64,000 nt of DNA from an uncultured Planctomycetota bacterium (lineage in GTDB: Bacteria; Planctomycetota; Planctomycetia; Isosphaerales; Isosphaeraceae): NCBI GenBank assembly GCA_963823665.1, contig CAWGMQ010000006.1, forward strand, positions 800,001 through 864,000. Direction: 5' to 3'. The position numbers and the translations under genes are program-made. Positions 39,441 through 48,751 of the stretch are shown here, in pieces; within the stretch, counting starts at the first letter, position 1, and each line of letters opens with the position of its first letter. Under the pieces are notes generated by a model. It saw only the letters and a program-made list of their open reading frames with translations. It was not told the DNA's origin and searched no databases.

Positions 39441-39974
39441 ATGAATCCGAAACCGAACGATTCGTTTCGCACGGCCGTATTCACGGGCACGTTTGACCCG
39501 ATCTCGCTCGGACACCTCGACGTGATCCAGCGCGGGTGCCTGCTCTTCGACCACCTGGTCGTCGGAATCGGCATCAACGTCAACAAGGCGTCGCTCTTCG
39601 ACGTGGACGAGCGGGTCGAGATGGCCAGGATGGTGCTGGCTCCGTTCGCGAACGTCTCGGTGCAATCGTTCGAAGGGCTGACCGTGCACTTCGTACGCAG
39701 AATCGGCGCGCGGGTGATCCTCCGCGGCCTGCGCACCCTCTCCGACATGGAATACGAGTTCGGCATGACACTCACGAATCACCGGCTCGACCCCGTGGTC
39801 GAGACGGTGTTCCTCATGGCGTGCGGGGAGTATTCGCACGTCTCCAGCACTCTGGTGAAACAGGTCGCGTACTTCGGCGGCACGGAGGAGCTCAAGAAGT
39901 TCGTGCCCGAGTCGCTCGTGGCGCCGATTTTGTCAAAAGTGGCGCGCGGATTCAGCGCCGGGTCCTTGGGATGA
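39441..39974 (+). CDS. coaD: Pantetheine-phosphate adenylyltransferase
   Basis: GTFDPISLGHLDVI, LRGLRTLSDMEYE, VSSTLVKQVA. Confidence 0.95.
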   Translation: MNPKPNDSFRTAVFTGTFDPISLGHLDVIQRGCLLFDHLVVGIGINVNKASLFDVDERVEMARMVLAPFANVSVQSFEGLTVHFVRRIGARVILRGLRTLSDMEYEFGMTLTNHRLDPVVETVFLMACGEYSHVSSTLVKQVAYFGGTEELKKFVPESLVAPILSKVARGFSAGSLG

Positions 39975-40701
39975 ACAGGTCGCGCGACCACTGGCGCATG
40001 CCCATGCCCCGCGACTTGAGTGTCTCGTGGAGCACGCCCACGGCCTTGTAGGCCCGATCGAAATTCGAGTAGGCGAGCCAGCCGCTCCACTGATCGTCGA
40101 GCGTTCGGGACCGCGAGCTGACGACCCGCGTGGCCACGATCATGTGGTCGAAAGTTTCTTTCAGGCTCGCCAGGATTTTCTCGTGCTCGTCGTGGGAGAG
40201 CGATCTTGCCGCGGCGTTTTCGTCGGGCCAGCTCATGGTCAAGTTGCAGGAGAGGAAGCGGTCCTCGTCCGGCACCCGCTGCGTGAGCCAGATATAGTCG
40301 GCGTCGTCCCAGAGATAGCGAATGCAGAGCAGCTCGACGGCCACCAGGTGCGACGTCGGCGCTTCGTGGTCGAAGATTCCCGCGTGCGACGACTCGGTCT
40401 GGCGCTCGGGCCGGGGCCGGTCGGCATAAGCGTGAGCTTGTGCGTGGGCCGCGGCGTGTGCTTGAGCTTGCGGCCGGGCGGCCTGGGGGGCTGATTCCCG
40501 GGAGCTGGCCCGCGCGACGCGTGCGGTGGAGAGCATCTCATAGGCCTGCGAGAGCACCCGGAATGTCCAGTCTTCGCCCCCCTTGTCCGGGTGGTATCGC
40601 TTCGCCTTCTCGCGATAAGCAGCGCGGATCTCCTCGAGCGTCGCCTCCGCCGCTACGCCCAGGACCTGTTTCGGGTCGAGCTCAAAGCTGAAGAAGGACA
40701 C
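39952..40701 (-). CDS. J-domain (DnaJ) protein with an unknown C-terminal domain
   Basis: DPKQVLGV...EIRAAYREKAKRYHPDKGG...LSQAYEML (HPD motif). Confidence 0.88.
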   Translation of the reverse strand: MSFFSFELDPKQVLGVAAEATLEEIRAAYREKAKRYHPDKGGEDWTFRVLSQAYEMLSTARVARASSRESAPQAARPQAQAHAAAHAQAHAYADRPRPERQTESSHAGIFDHEAPTSHLVAVELLCIRYLWDDADYIWLTQRVPDEDRFLSCNLTMSWPDENAAARSLSHDEHEKILASLKETFDHMIVATRVVSSRSRTLDDQWSGWLAYSNFDRAYKAVGVLHETLKSRGMGMRQWSRDLFIPRTRR

Positions 40702-40817
40702 CGGAAGGGCACCTCACTCAATGGCGTTGCACGATTCTGTGATGGACCGCGTCAAGTCGAAGACCTGCGCCAGCGCGGCTCCTCGGGAGCCTGGCACTCC
40801 CGGAACGGCAAAGCCCG

Positions 40818-41881
40818 CTAGCGGGGTGGCGGCTGCCTCCCGTTCGAGAGCCGGCTTCGCAGATAGGATGCGCGGGCCACGTTGCGTTCCTCGACCCCCA
40901 GCTCGGCCCCGCGCAGCTTTTGCAGGAAAGCGGGCTGGGTCTGAATGAACAGCTCGTTGACGGTGGCGATGGAAAGGTCGTCGATGAGCCCGAGGTTGAT
41001 GCCCATCCTCACGCTGGAGAGGAGGAGCATCGTTTCCTCGCTGGTGATCGTCTGGGCGGTCTTCAAGACTCCGTAGGCGCGGCTGACCTGGTCGTGGAGG
41101 TGCTGGCGGCGCTGGGTCAAGAGGTCTTGCCGGGCGTTCCGCTCGTACTGGAGCACCTGGGGTACGACATCGGTGAGGATCTTGATCAGCTCGGGCTCGC
41201 TCTTTCCCAGGGTTTGCTGGTTGGAGATCTGGTAGAAATCGCCCGAAGCCTGGCTTCCTTCGCCGTAAAGGCCGCGGACCGCCAGGTTGATCTTCTGCAG
41301 GCGCGGAAGACCTTGTCGATGCGTTTGTTCTGCACGAGCCCGGGCAGATGCAGCATCACACCCACGCGGATTCCAGTGCCGACGTTGGTGGGGCAGGCAG
41401 TCAAGTAGCCGAGCTGGGGGCTGAATGCGAACGCGAGCTGTTCCTCCAGCTTGTCGTCCAGGCCGTTGACGGCGTCCCAAACTTCGCTCAAGCGAAAGCC
41501 GGAGAGCATGAACTGGATGCGAAGATGGTCTTCCTCGTTGACCATGATCGCGGTGTTTTCGAGCGGGCTGATGGCCACGCCGCGCGGGCCCTCGCTCGAG
41601 GCAAGCTCGCGCGAGATCACCTGCCGCTCGACCAGGAACTGGCGGTCGAGCGTGGAGAGGGCGTTGACGTCGAGATAGGAGAGATCGAGCTTGGCGCTCG
41701 ACATGGCGGCGGTGAAATTCCCCTCGATCTCAGCCTTTTCGCTGCGGCTGGCGCGATTGCAGAAGGGAAAATCGGCGATGTTCCGCGCCAGACGGATGCG
41801 CGAGCACATCACGATATCGCTTTCCGGGCCAGTGCCCCGCAGCCACTCGCCGGAGGTTTTCGTCAGGTCGTCAAGAGTCAT
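40818..41881 (-). CDS. mcsB: Protein-arginine kinase; frameshift near 41300
   Basis: SRIRLARN, NEEDHLR, CPTNVGTG, MLHLPGL, then LQKINLAVRGLYGEGS...YQISNQQTLG in the other frame. Confidence 0.93.
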
Positions 41882-42363
41882 GAGCCAGAGTTCCTCGGGC
41901 GCAGCAAGTCTCGCAGCCGCGCGGCTTCTTCGTAGTCTTCACGGCTGACCGCCTCGCGGAGCTTGGTGCGCAGCCGCAGCCGGTCCCACGCGCCCTCGCG
42001 CCGCCGCGCTCGTTTGCCCACGTGGCGCGTGGCTCCGTGGTAGCGCTGCAAGAGCCCGGTGAGCCCCTTGGAAAAGACCGCATAATCCTGCGGGCAGCCC
42101 AGCCGGCCCCCTGCCCTGAATTCCATGAATTTGATTCCGCAGTCCGGACACTGAAGCTCGGCGAGCTCGCCGACAAGCTCCCCCACGTTGGCGATGATCA
42201 AGCTCTGGACCACCGCGTCCAGCGGGAGCGGCGGCGGGGTCTCGGGTAGCGATAAACCCGCCTTGCGGGCACACGACGGGCAAAGGTGGAATTCCCGCCT
42301 TTGACCCTTGCCCGGCTCGGTCAGGTGGACTGTGGCTTCATTCTGGCACCGTTGGCACATCAT
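41878..42363 (-). CDS. mcsA: McsA-like activator (Cys motifs plus UVR domain)
   Basis: CQRC...HLCPSCA, CPDCG...GRLGCPQDY, EAVSREDYEEAARLRD. Confidence 0.85.
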   Translation of the reverse strand: MMCQRCQNEATVHLTEPGKGQRREFHLCPSCARKAGLSLPETPPPLPLDAVVQSLIIANVGELVGELAELQCPDCGIKFMEFRAGGRLGCPQDYAVFSKGLTGLLQRYHGATRHVGKRARRREGAWDRLRLRTKLREAVSREDYEEAARLRDLLRPRNSGS

Positions 42364-42433
42364 CGGCACGACCGTCCGGCGGAAGGGTGCGATCCATCGT
42401 CTCGTTGCTGGAGGACCGGTCGCCACATCGCGT

Positions 42434-42943
42434 TCATCGCCCCTGTTCAAGCTCGATGCCCTTGATCTGGTCTCGCAGCCGGGCGGCTGACTCGTAGTCT
42501 TCGGCTGCCACGGCGCGCTTGAGCTCGTTGCGGAGCTGAATGAGCGTCGTCTGCTGCTGCGTGTTCCGGGGCGCCCTTCTGGGCACCTTGCCCGAATGCC
42601 GGGTTTCGCCGTGAATGTTCTCGAGGAGGGGCATCAACTCGTCGCGGAAGACCTCATAATCATACGGACACCCCAGCCGGCCCGAATTGCGGAACTCGAG
42701 AAACGTGATCTGGCAAATGGGGCAAACCTGCTTGTCGGCGGGGGATGGCTCGCGCAGCGGCCCCTGCCCGCTGACGATCAGCTTCTTGGCCAACTCGCTG
42801 ATCGGCTGCTCGGAGGTCTCGTCGGCGGGCGCGAGATGCTGTCGGGCGTGCTCGTCGCAGAAATGAAACTCGCGATGCTTCCCCTTCTCGACAATGTCGG
42901 TGATGTGAAAGGTCGCAGGCTTCGGGCATTTCTCGCATCTCAT
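42434..42943 (-). CDS. mcsA: McsA-like activator, second paralogue
   Basis: CEKC...HFCDEHA, CPICQ...GRLGCPYDY, IHGETRHSGKVP, AVAAEDYESAARLRDQI. Confidence 0.88.
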   Translation of the reverse strand: MRCEKCPKPATFHITDIVEKGKHREFHFCDEHARQHLAPADETSEQPISELAKKLIVSGQGPLREPSPADKQVCPICQITFLEFRNSGRLGCPYDYEVFRDELMPLLENIHGETRHSGKVPRRAPRNTQQQTTLIQLRNELKRAVAAEDYESAARLRDQIKGIELEQGR

Positions 42944-43071
42944 GGGGCGTCTCCGCCAGGCCGCCTGTGGTGCAAACAGGCGTGGCTTCCCGTTTCTCTG
43001 GCACGGTCAACCGGACTCGTCGCAACGAGCGATGCCCCTTGGTTCCCGATTGAAGCCTGATCGCTTTTTGT

Positions 43072-43099
43072 ATTGTAATTTCCCCATCCGGGGTGTCAA
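43072..43099 (-). promoter_or_regulatory. Sigma-70-type promoter for mcsA-mcsA-mcsB
   Basis: Minus strand TTGACA-N16-TACAAT about 130 bp upstream of the first mcsA ATG. Confidence 0.65.
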
Positions 43100-43290
43100 G
43101 CAACCGAGCCCGCCCCAACCGGGGCGGCTCCCCGCCTTTCGCTCGGGATTTCTCACTCCGGTAAGCACTCGACACCGGTTCGTGCGTCGGCGAGGATACC
43201 CGGGAAGCCGGCGGCGGGCTCGCCCGGAATCTGCGGAGATCGAGCCCGGAGGCTCCTTCCGAGCCTGGTCGCGCTGCCCCGGCGCGCGCC

Positions 43291-44892
43291 TCACCGCGCA
43301 AACCGCTTGAAGAACGAAGATTCCTTCCACCGCGGCCGGCTCTCCCGGTTGGCGACGCGCGCGAGCAGTTTGGCCACCAGGCTGTCAAATTCACCGGCTG
43401 CCTGCTTGTCCACGGGCTGATTGACGTCATCTGCCGGCCCATGGTACCGCTCGGTCAGCCACTTCATGACGATTTCTTCCTCGGGCGAGCCCTTGTCAAA
43501 GCCGACCATCACCATCAGAGACGGAATGCCACGCCGGATGAAGCTGTACTGGTCGCTCCGGATGAAGACATTCCGCTCCGGCACCGGGTCCGGGCGCGGC
43601 AGCACCCCCGACACCCTCGCGACCTCGGCCGCATCGTCGCCCAGGTCGGATTCCTCACCCCCGAAGACCGACAGCTTCTTGAATGGATAGAGCGGCAGAA
43701 TCATGTCGATATTGATGTTGGCCACGATCTTCTGCGCGTCCACGGTTGGTGACTGGGCAAAGAACCGCGAGCCGAGCAGCCCTTTTTCCTCGCCCGTAAC
43801 CGCCACGAACAGCACCGAGCGCCTGAGCTTCGTTCCGGACTCCGTAAGCATGGCGGCGACATCGAGCAGTGTGGCCACGCCCGAGGCGTTGTCCATCGCC
43901 CCATTGTAAATGTCGTCGCCCTTGATCGGCTTGCCCACGCCAATATGATCGAGGTGCGCCGTGAAGACGACGTATTCGTCCTTGAGCACAGGATCATTCC
44001 CCGGCAGCAAAGCGACGACGTTCTGGGACAGGATTGAAGCGCGCTCCACCTTGGCCTTGGCTTCCAATCGCGCCGGCAGAGCGAAATGCGGCAGCGCCTT
44101 TTGCGAATTCGCCGCGTCGACGATTTCCTGGAACGTATGCCCCGAGCCCTCAAAGATCTTTTCGGCGTGGGCCGGGTTGATCACGACCATGAGCTTCATC
44201 CCCTGCGTTTCATCGAGCGCGGGGTCGGCGAAGCCCATCGACGGCATGAAGCGGGCGAGCTTGGCGCGTTCCCAGGGGATGTCCATGGTCTTCGGGTTCT
44301 GGATCATGATCACGCCCAGGGCCCCATGCTGCTTGAGCAGGGCGGCGCGTTCGGCGGCAGACTGCATGTGCGAGGCCAGCGGTCCGGCGATCTTTGCCGG
44401 TGCGCCGGAAAGGAACACGACCAGCTTGCCGCCGACGTCGAGGCCGGCGAAGTCATCGTGGTTTGCCTCCGGAATCGAGAGGCCGTAGCCCGCGAAGACC
44501 AGATCGGCTTCGAGTGTTGCCGGTGTGTCCACGCGCGTGCTGAGGATGGCATCCTCACCGAGCGTCAAGGGCTCGCGGCGGCCGTCGCGCACGAGCACGA
44601 GCCCCGACTCGCCTTCCACGAGGGTGCGGGATGTCAGCTTGACGCTTTGGAAGAAACCTTCGCTGCCGGCAGGCCCGAGCCCGGCCCGGGCAAACTCGCG
44701 CGCCACGTACTCGGCCGCCTGGCGATGACCCTCGCTGCCGGTGTCACGGCCGCGCAGCTTATCGTCGGCCAGAAACAGGACGTGCGACCACCACCGCGCA
44801 CCATCGGGCGCATCGGCGCTCTGCGCGTTTTGTGCGATCATCGCGGAGCTGACGACAATGGCCATCAATCCGATCAATCTCGAGCGATTCAT
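43291..44892 (-). CDS. M28-family peptidase with PA domain, exported
   Basis: LADDKLRGRDTGS, AHLDHIG, YNGAMDNASG, GEEKGLLGS, NIDM, RSDQYSF, YHGPADD. Confidence 0.93.
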   Translation of the reverse strand: MNRSRLIGLMAIVVSSAMIAQNAQSADAPDGARWWSHVLFLADDKLRGRDTGSEGHRQAAEYVAREFARAGLGPAGSEGFFQSVKLTSRTLVEGESGLVLVRDGRREPLTLGEDAILSTRVDTPATLEADLVFAGYGLSIPEANHDDFAGLDVGGKLVVFLSGAPAKIAGPLASHMQSAAERAALLKQHGALGVIMIQNPKTMDIPWERAKLARFMPSMGFADPALDETQGMKLMVVINPAHAEKIFEGSGHTFQEIVDAANSQKALPHFALPARLEAKAKVERASILSQNVVALLPGNDPVLKDEYVVFTAHLDHIGVGKPIKGDDIYNGAMDNASGVATLLDVAAMLTESGTKLRRSVLFVAVTGEEKGLLGSRFFAQSPTVDAQKIVANINIDMILPLYPFKKLSVFGGEESDLGDDAAEVARVSGVLPRPDPVPERNVFIRSDQYSFIRRGIPSLMVMVGFDKGSPEEEIVMKWLTERYHGPADDVNQPVDKQAAGEFDSLVAKLLARVANRESRPRWKESSFFKRFAR

Positions 44893-45023
44893 TGGCTCTC
44901 CAGTTCGGGCAAGTCAGCGACGCTTGATCCACAGAAGGTGAATGGCTCCGCCACGTTCAGCGACACTGCATTTCAGCCGATGACGGGTCAGCGGGCAAGT
45001 GTTTGCGGTTGGGCGTGACTCGC

Positions 45024-45740
45024 TCAGCTTTCCCAGGGCGGCAAGAGAATGAACGCCACGGCCGTGATGATCCAGAACCATCCCAGGGCATGGCCGGCGC
45101 GATCGATCCAGGTCGTTTCGGATCGCCAGAGCCGCGACGACCAGAGTGCCAGGTACGCGCCGGCGACGGCCAGGCCGGGAGCTTCGCCGATCGAGAAGGC
45201 CATCGAATTGGACAGCGTCAATCCGGCGAGCCGCATGCCTCTTGCGTAGCCACCTGCGGAATTCGTGAGCATCACCACGTCCGAGAACCGGGTCGCCAGG
45301 TCGAGAAAATAATTGGCCACTTCGAGCGATAGAACGATCGCCGCGACGGCGCAAGCCGACGCGCCGGGACTGCGAAAACACTGTGCCAGTGACGGTCGAG
45401 GCTGCCGCAATCGCAGCAAGCAGAGGGCGAACGTCAGGGGCGCGAAGAAGGCGGCCAACGGATGCAGCGACCGGCGAAGCACGACGAAAGTCAGGGGCGA
45501 GATGAAGCCGCCCAACGGATCCAGCGGCCGGCGAAGCAGGCCATCGGCCGTTGCGAAGGAAATCAGCAACGTTCGGGCCTCGATCGTCCAGGCAACACCC
45601 AGGGAGAGGGTTGCCAGAAGCGCCAGCGCGTCGACGGTCGTGAATCGTCGCTCGGGTGGGGGGCGGTCGGTCGTTTCTCCTTGGAAGATGCGATTGAACA
45701 TCAACTCCTGCCTGGCCAGCGCTCGCTCGATGTGTGTCAT
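45024..45740 (-). CDS. Hypothetical multi-pass membrane protein (paralogue of the upstream gene)
   Basis: RRFTTVDALALLA...PGASACAVA...WRSETTWIDRAGHALGWFWI; ATGA coupling with the upstream stop. Confidence 0.7.
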   Translation of the reverse strand: MTHIERALARQELMFNRIFQGETTDRPPPERRFTTVDALALLATLSLGVAWTIEARTLLISFATADGLLRRPLDPLGGFISPLTFVVLRRSLHPLAAFFAPLTFALCLLRLRQPRPSLAQCFRSPGASACAVAAIVLSLEVANYFLDLATRFSDVVMLTNSAGGYARGMRLAGLTLSNSMAFSIGEAPGLAVAGAYLALWSSRLWRSETTWIDRAGHALGWFWIITAVAFILLPPWES

Positions 45741-46399
45741 AATGGCAGAAGGAAAAAATGGCACGCCGCGAAGATCCAGAAAACCCCGATCAATCGCCCC
45801 GCGCGATCGATCCAGCTCCGCTCTGGCCGCCACGCGCCGGTCAGGATCAAGGCCAGCCATGCACCGCCGATGACGATACCGGCGTGGCGTGGCATCCAGA
45901 TCAGCGTTGTTCGCAGCGGATCCTGCATCGCCGGGGAGAGGATATCATTAAAGTTCCAGCCCCAGAATCTGGCGTGCGGTGGATCCTGAGTCACGTACAG
46001 GATCTGATGAACGCCGGCGACGGGCCAGATGGCTTGCCGCACCAGCTCGAAGATCAGCACGGCCGTTCCGGCGAGGCACGCAACGGCGCCCGGCCGACGC
46101 GCCCGCCAGAATCGACCGCGCAGACCACCGCGCCGCGCGCGGAGCATGAGGAACACCATCCAGGGGCAGGCCAGCGCGGTTTCTACATAAATGGCATCCT
46201 TCGTGAACACGCGAGTCATTTGATAGAACGGACGATCGCCGAGAAACCATTTGGTGTACTGCGGCCTATTGGAGTACTGGCCGGCGAAAAGCTGGATGGT
46301 GTCCCACTGTGCCTGGACCCAGGCAAAACCGATCGCCGTCGCCGCGATGGCGAGCATGGCGTCTTTGATCCGGAAGCCGTCGCGTTTCGATCGCCGCAC
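45737..46399 (-). CDS. Hypothetical multi-pass membrane protein
   Basis: GFRIKDAMLAIAA...RPGAVACLAG...WRPERSWIDRAGRLIGVFWI. GTG 46399 chosen as start to avoid overlap with the antitoxin gene. Confidence 0.7.
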   Translation of the reverse strand: MRRSKRDGFRIKDAMLAIAATAIGFAWVQAQWDTIQLFAGQYSNRPQYTKWFLGDRPFYQMTRVFTKDAIYVETALACPWMVFLMLRARRGGLRGRFWRARRPGAVACLAGTAVLIFELVRQAIWPVAGVHQILYVTQDPPHARFWGWNFNDILSPAMQDPLRTTLIWMPRHAGIVIGGAWLALILTGAWRPERSWIDRAGRLIGVFWIFAACHFFLLPL

Positions 46400-46514
46400 G
46401 CGTACCCCCTGAGAATCAGCCGCCGCTTTGCGGATGCGCCCGGATCTCGGGTCTGCGTGCCCGAGACAGCACGGCTCAACTCGGTTAGGATGGTGGTATT
46501 GAAAGGAGCGACCG

Positions 46515-46757
46515 ATGGCCATTCTCACCCCGGAACAGCGGCAAGAGATTCAGAAGGCAGGCGAGCAGCCCGTCCGATTCGCCGATCCCGAGACACAAAC
46601 GGAGTACGTGATCATCAAGGCGGACGTTTACGACCGTATCCGTGCGTTGGCCGATGATACGCGGGCCGCCTATCCGCTCGCAATGAAGGTTTTCGGACAA
46701 GACGGTTGGGACGATCCGCAAATGGATGAATACAACGCTCTCGATCCCCGCAAATGA
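46515..46757 (+). CDS. Putative type II antitoxin (80 aa, acidic C-terminus)
   Basis: AAGGAG RBS; ATGA overlap with the toxin gene; acidic tail GWDDPQMDEY. Confidence 0.7.
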   Translation: MAILTPEQRQEIQKAGEQPVRFADPETQTEYVIIKADVYDRIRALADDTRAAYPLAMKVFGQDGWDDPQMDEYNALDPRK

Positions 46758-47104
46758 GCGTGAAACGCGGCGACGTTGTGCTTGTCGACTATCCGTTCAC
46801 GACGGGTGGAGCGAAGGTACGCCCCGCTCTGGTCGTGCAGAACGACCGCGACAACGTTCGGATGGCCAACACAATCGTCGCCCAAATCTCCGGAAACACT
46901 GCTCGCGTGAACGAGCCCACGCAACGTCTGATCGAGCTCGCGGCTGAGCCAAGCTGTGGGCTGACGAGGGATTCGGCGCTGATCGCGACAAACCTGCTGA
47001 CGATGCAACAGAACGATGTTTTACGCGTCTTGGGATCGCTGACGGCCGCCGCGTCGATGGCTCAGATCGATGACTGCCTGAAAGTCGCGCTCAGCCTCCG
47101 ATGA
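46754..47104 (+). CDS. PemK/MazF-family toxin
   Basis: KRGDVVLVDYPF...KVRPALVVQND...GLTRDS...LGSL...IDDCLKVAL. Confidence 0.92.
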   Translation: MSVKRGDVVLVDYPFTTGGAKVRPALVVQNDRDNVRMANTIVAQISGNTARVNEPTQRLIELAAEPSCGLTRDSALIATNLLTMQQNDVLRVLGSLTAAASMAQIDDCLKVALSLR

Positions 47105-47155
47105 ACCAACTGCTCTGGTTGGCCGTGGCGTTCGACGTTGCGCATTCTCCGCATC

Positions 47156-48643
47156 TTATTGCGATTTCACCGCTGTGATGACGACCGCAATATTGCCACC
47201 GCCGTCGGCCAGGAACGTGATCAGCTTGATTCCATCCGAATCGGACTTTCCGGTCTTCTTCATCGCCTTTTCCAGCACCGCAGAGAGATTACGTCCGTAT
47301 GGGGTCCTCGTATCGATCGGGAGCTTGAGCTCGACGTCCTGGCCCTTTCCTTTGAGCTCCGCGCCGCCCAGCACAGTATCATTCTGAGGATCGTAAAACT
47401 CCGCGGCCCGCAGCCCACGGTCGTCTCGAGCTTTGAGCGACACTGCGATTGCTGGCGCTCGCCCTCGGAGCGCCTTCAGCGTGACCTCCGCCGTGGGCGG
47501 GGTGTTGTCCGTTCGATCGGTCTCGGGCACGAGATAGCGCGAGACATACAGGAGCCGCGCGTTTTCCTTCGAGAACGCGAGCCGCGGTTTCTTGGCCGAT
47601 GCAGGAAGATAATTGACCCGCAGGTCGCGGAAGCCCTGGCCCATGATGTCGTTCGCGCTGCGCCAGTCGTGCGGCAATCCCAGCGCGTGCCCGAGCTCGT
47701 GCGCGGCCGCCCCGAAGCCGTCTTCGATGAATTCGAATCGCGGCGCGTCGAGCTGCCTTGTCCCGAAGGATGTCCTGCCCACGATCGGCGTTTTGTCGAA
47801 AAGCAGTTTCTTCTGCTCGTCATAACTTGTCGCGCAGAATTCGTCGCGAAGGATCCAGGCCGACATCATTGCCAGGCCGCCATCCGTCGTGATGTGAACG
47901 CCGCGGCCGACCGATCCTCGCCATTCCACCGGCGCCGGGCCCGGATCATACGCTTCCGGGAACACGATCATCATGTGCCGCCGCGGTGAGCCCGCCTCGG
48001 CGGGTAGGTCTTCCGCGATCCTCTGAAACTGCTTGGCGTCGTCGTAAGCTGGACCATCATTGTAATAGGAAGCGGGCTTGTCTCCTCGAACCAGGTGAAT
48101 GATTGGCTCACCTTGCGAATTCGTCTCGAATGCAAGCTCGGCGGATCGATGGCCGTCGGTTTTCAAATCAGCGTAGACGTCAGCGACCAGGCGCATGACC
48201 ACGCGAATCTTTTGTTCGAAACGATCGATCGGCGTGCGGTCCTTGGGGACGAAATAGACGAGGCGGATCTTCCAGTCGGTTGGAACGAATTGAATGGACT
48301 TCGGCAAGTCGTCGATCTTGATCCATTTTCCTTTTTCCCACGGTTGCCAGTCCGTGGCGGCGGGCAGTCGCAACTCGCCGTGCGTCGCGTGCACTCTCAA
48401 TCCGACATCGCGTGACCGATCAATGAGCTCGATCGTATCATCGGAGCGCGCGGTTTCTTCGAACGCGTAGGTTTCCCGCGATCCCACGACCTCGACCCAG
48501 CGAGTCGAGTAGTCATGGTTCAGAGCTCCGCCGGAAGCTTGGTCGCCATACCGGAACACTCTTCGCTCCGGCTCCGAAGCCGGTGCGCCGGTTCCGAGCG
48601 CCGCGATCAGGCCGGACACGAGGGCGAGAAAGGAAGATCGCAT
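47156..48643 (-). CDS. Exported zinc metalloprotease (metzincin-type)
   Basis: Signal peptide; HELGHALGLPHD (HExxHxxGxxH) followed by Met-turn-like DIMGQG. Confidence 0.8.
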   Translation of the reverse strand: MRSSFLALVSGLIAALGTGAPASEPERRVFRYGDQASGGALNHDYSTRWVEVVGSRETYAFEETARSDDTIELIDRSRDVGLRVHATHGELRLPAATDWQPWEKGKWIKIDDLPKSIQFVPTDWKIRLVYFVPKDRTPIDRFEQKIRVVMRLVADVYADLKTDGHRSAELAFETNSQGEPIIHLVRGDKPASYYNDGPAYDDAKQFQRIAEDLPAEAGSPRRHMMIVFPEAYDPGPAPVEWRGSVGRGVHITTDGGLAMMSAWILRDEFCATSYDEQKKLLFDKTPIVGRTSFGTRQLDAPRFEFIEDGFGAAAHELGHALGLPHDWRSANDIMGQGFRDLRVNYLPASAKKPRLAFSKENARLLYVSRYLVPETDRTDNTPPTAEVTLKALRGRAPAIAVSLKARDDRGLRAAEFYDPQNDTVLGGAELKGKGQDVELKLPIDTRTPYGRNLSAVLEKAMKKTGKSDSDGIKLITFLADGGGNIAVVITAVKSQ

Positions 48644-48751
48644 GGCACGCAAGCTCCGAGTCACGGTGAACAAGAATACGTTTCACGTTATGCTATTCAA
48701 GTGGTCGTCAATCAGCGACGATTTTATTCTATTCGCGAGGGCTTTCGAGCT

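Noticed and set aside
32448..41881. Programmed frameshifting or true pseudogenes in dprA and mcsB
   Set aside because: No slippery heptamers are visible, and the same kind of indel recurs in many unrelated genes, which favours sequencing error.
43162..43188. CIRCE (HrcA) operator upstream of mcsA
   Set aside because: The left half taagcactc is close to consensus, but the right half matches only GTGC, and the site lies upstream of the -35.
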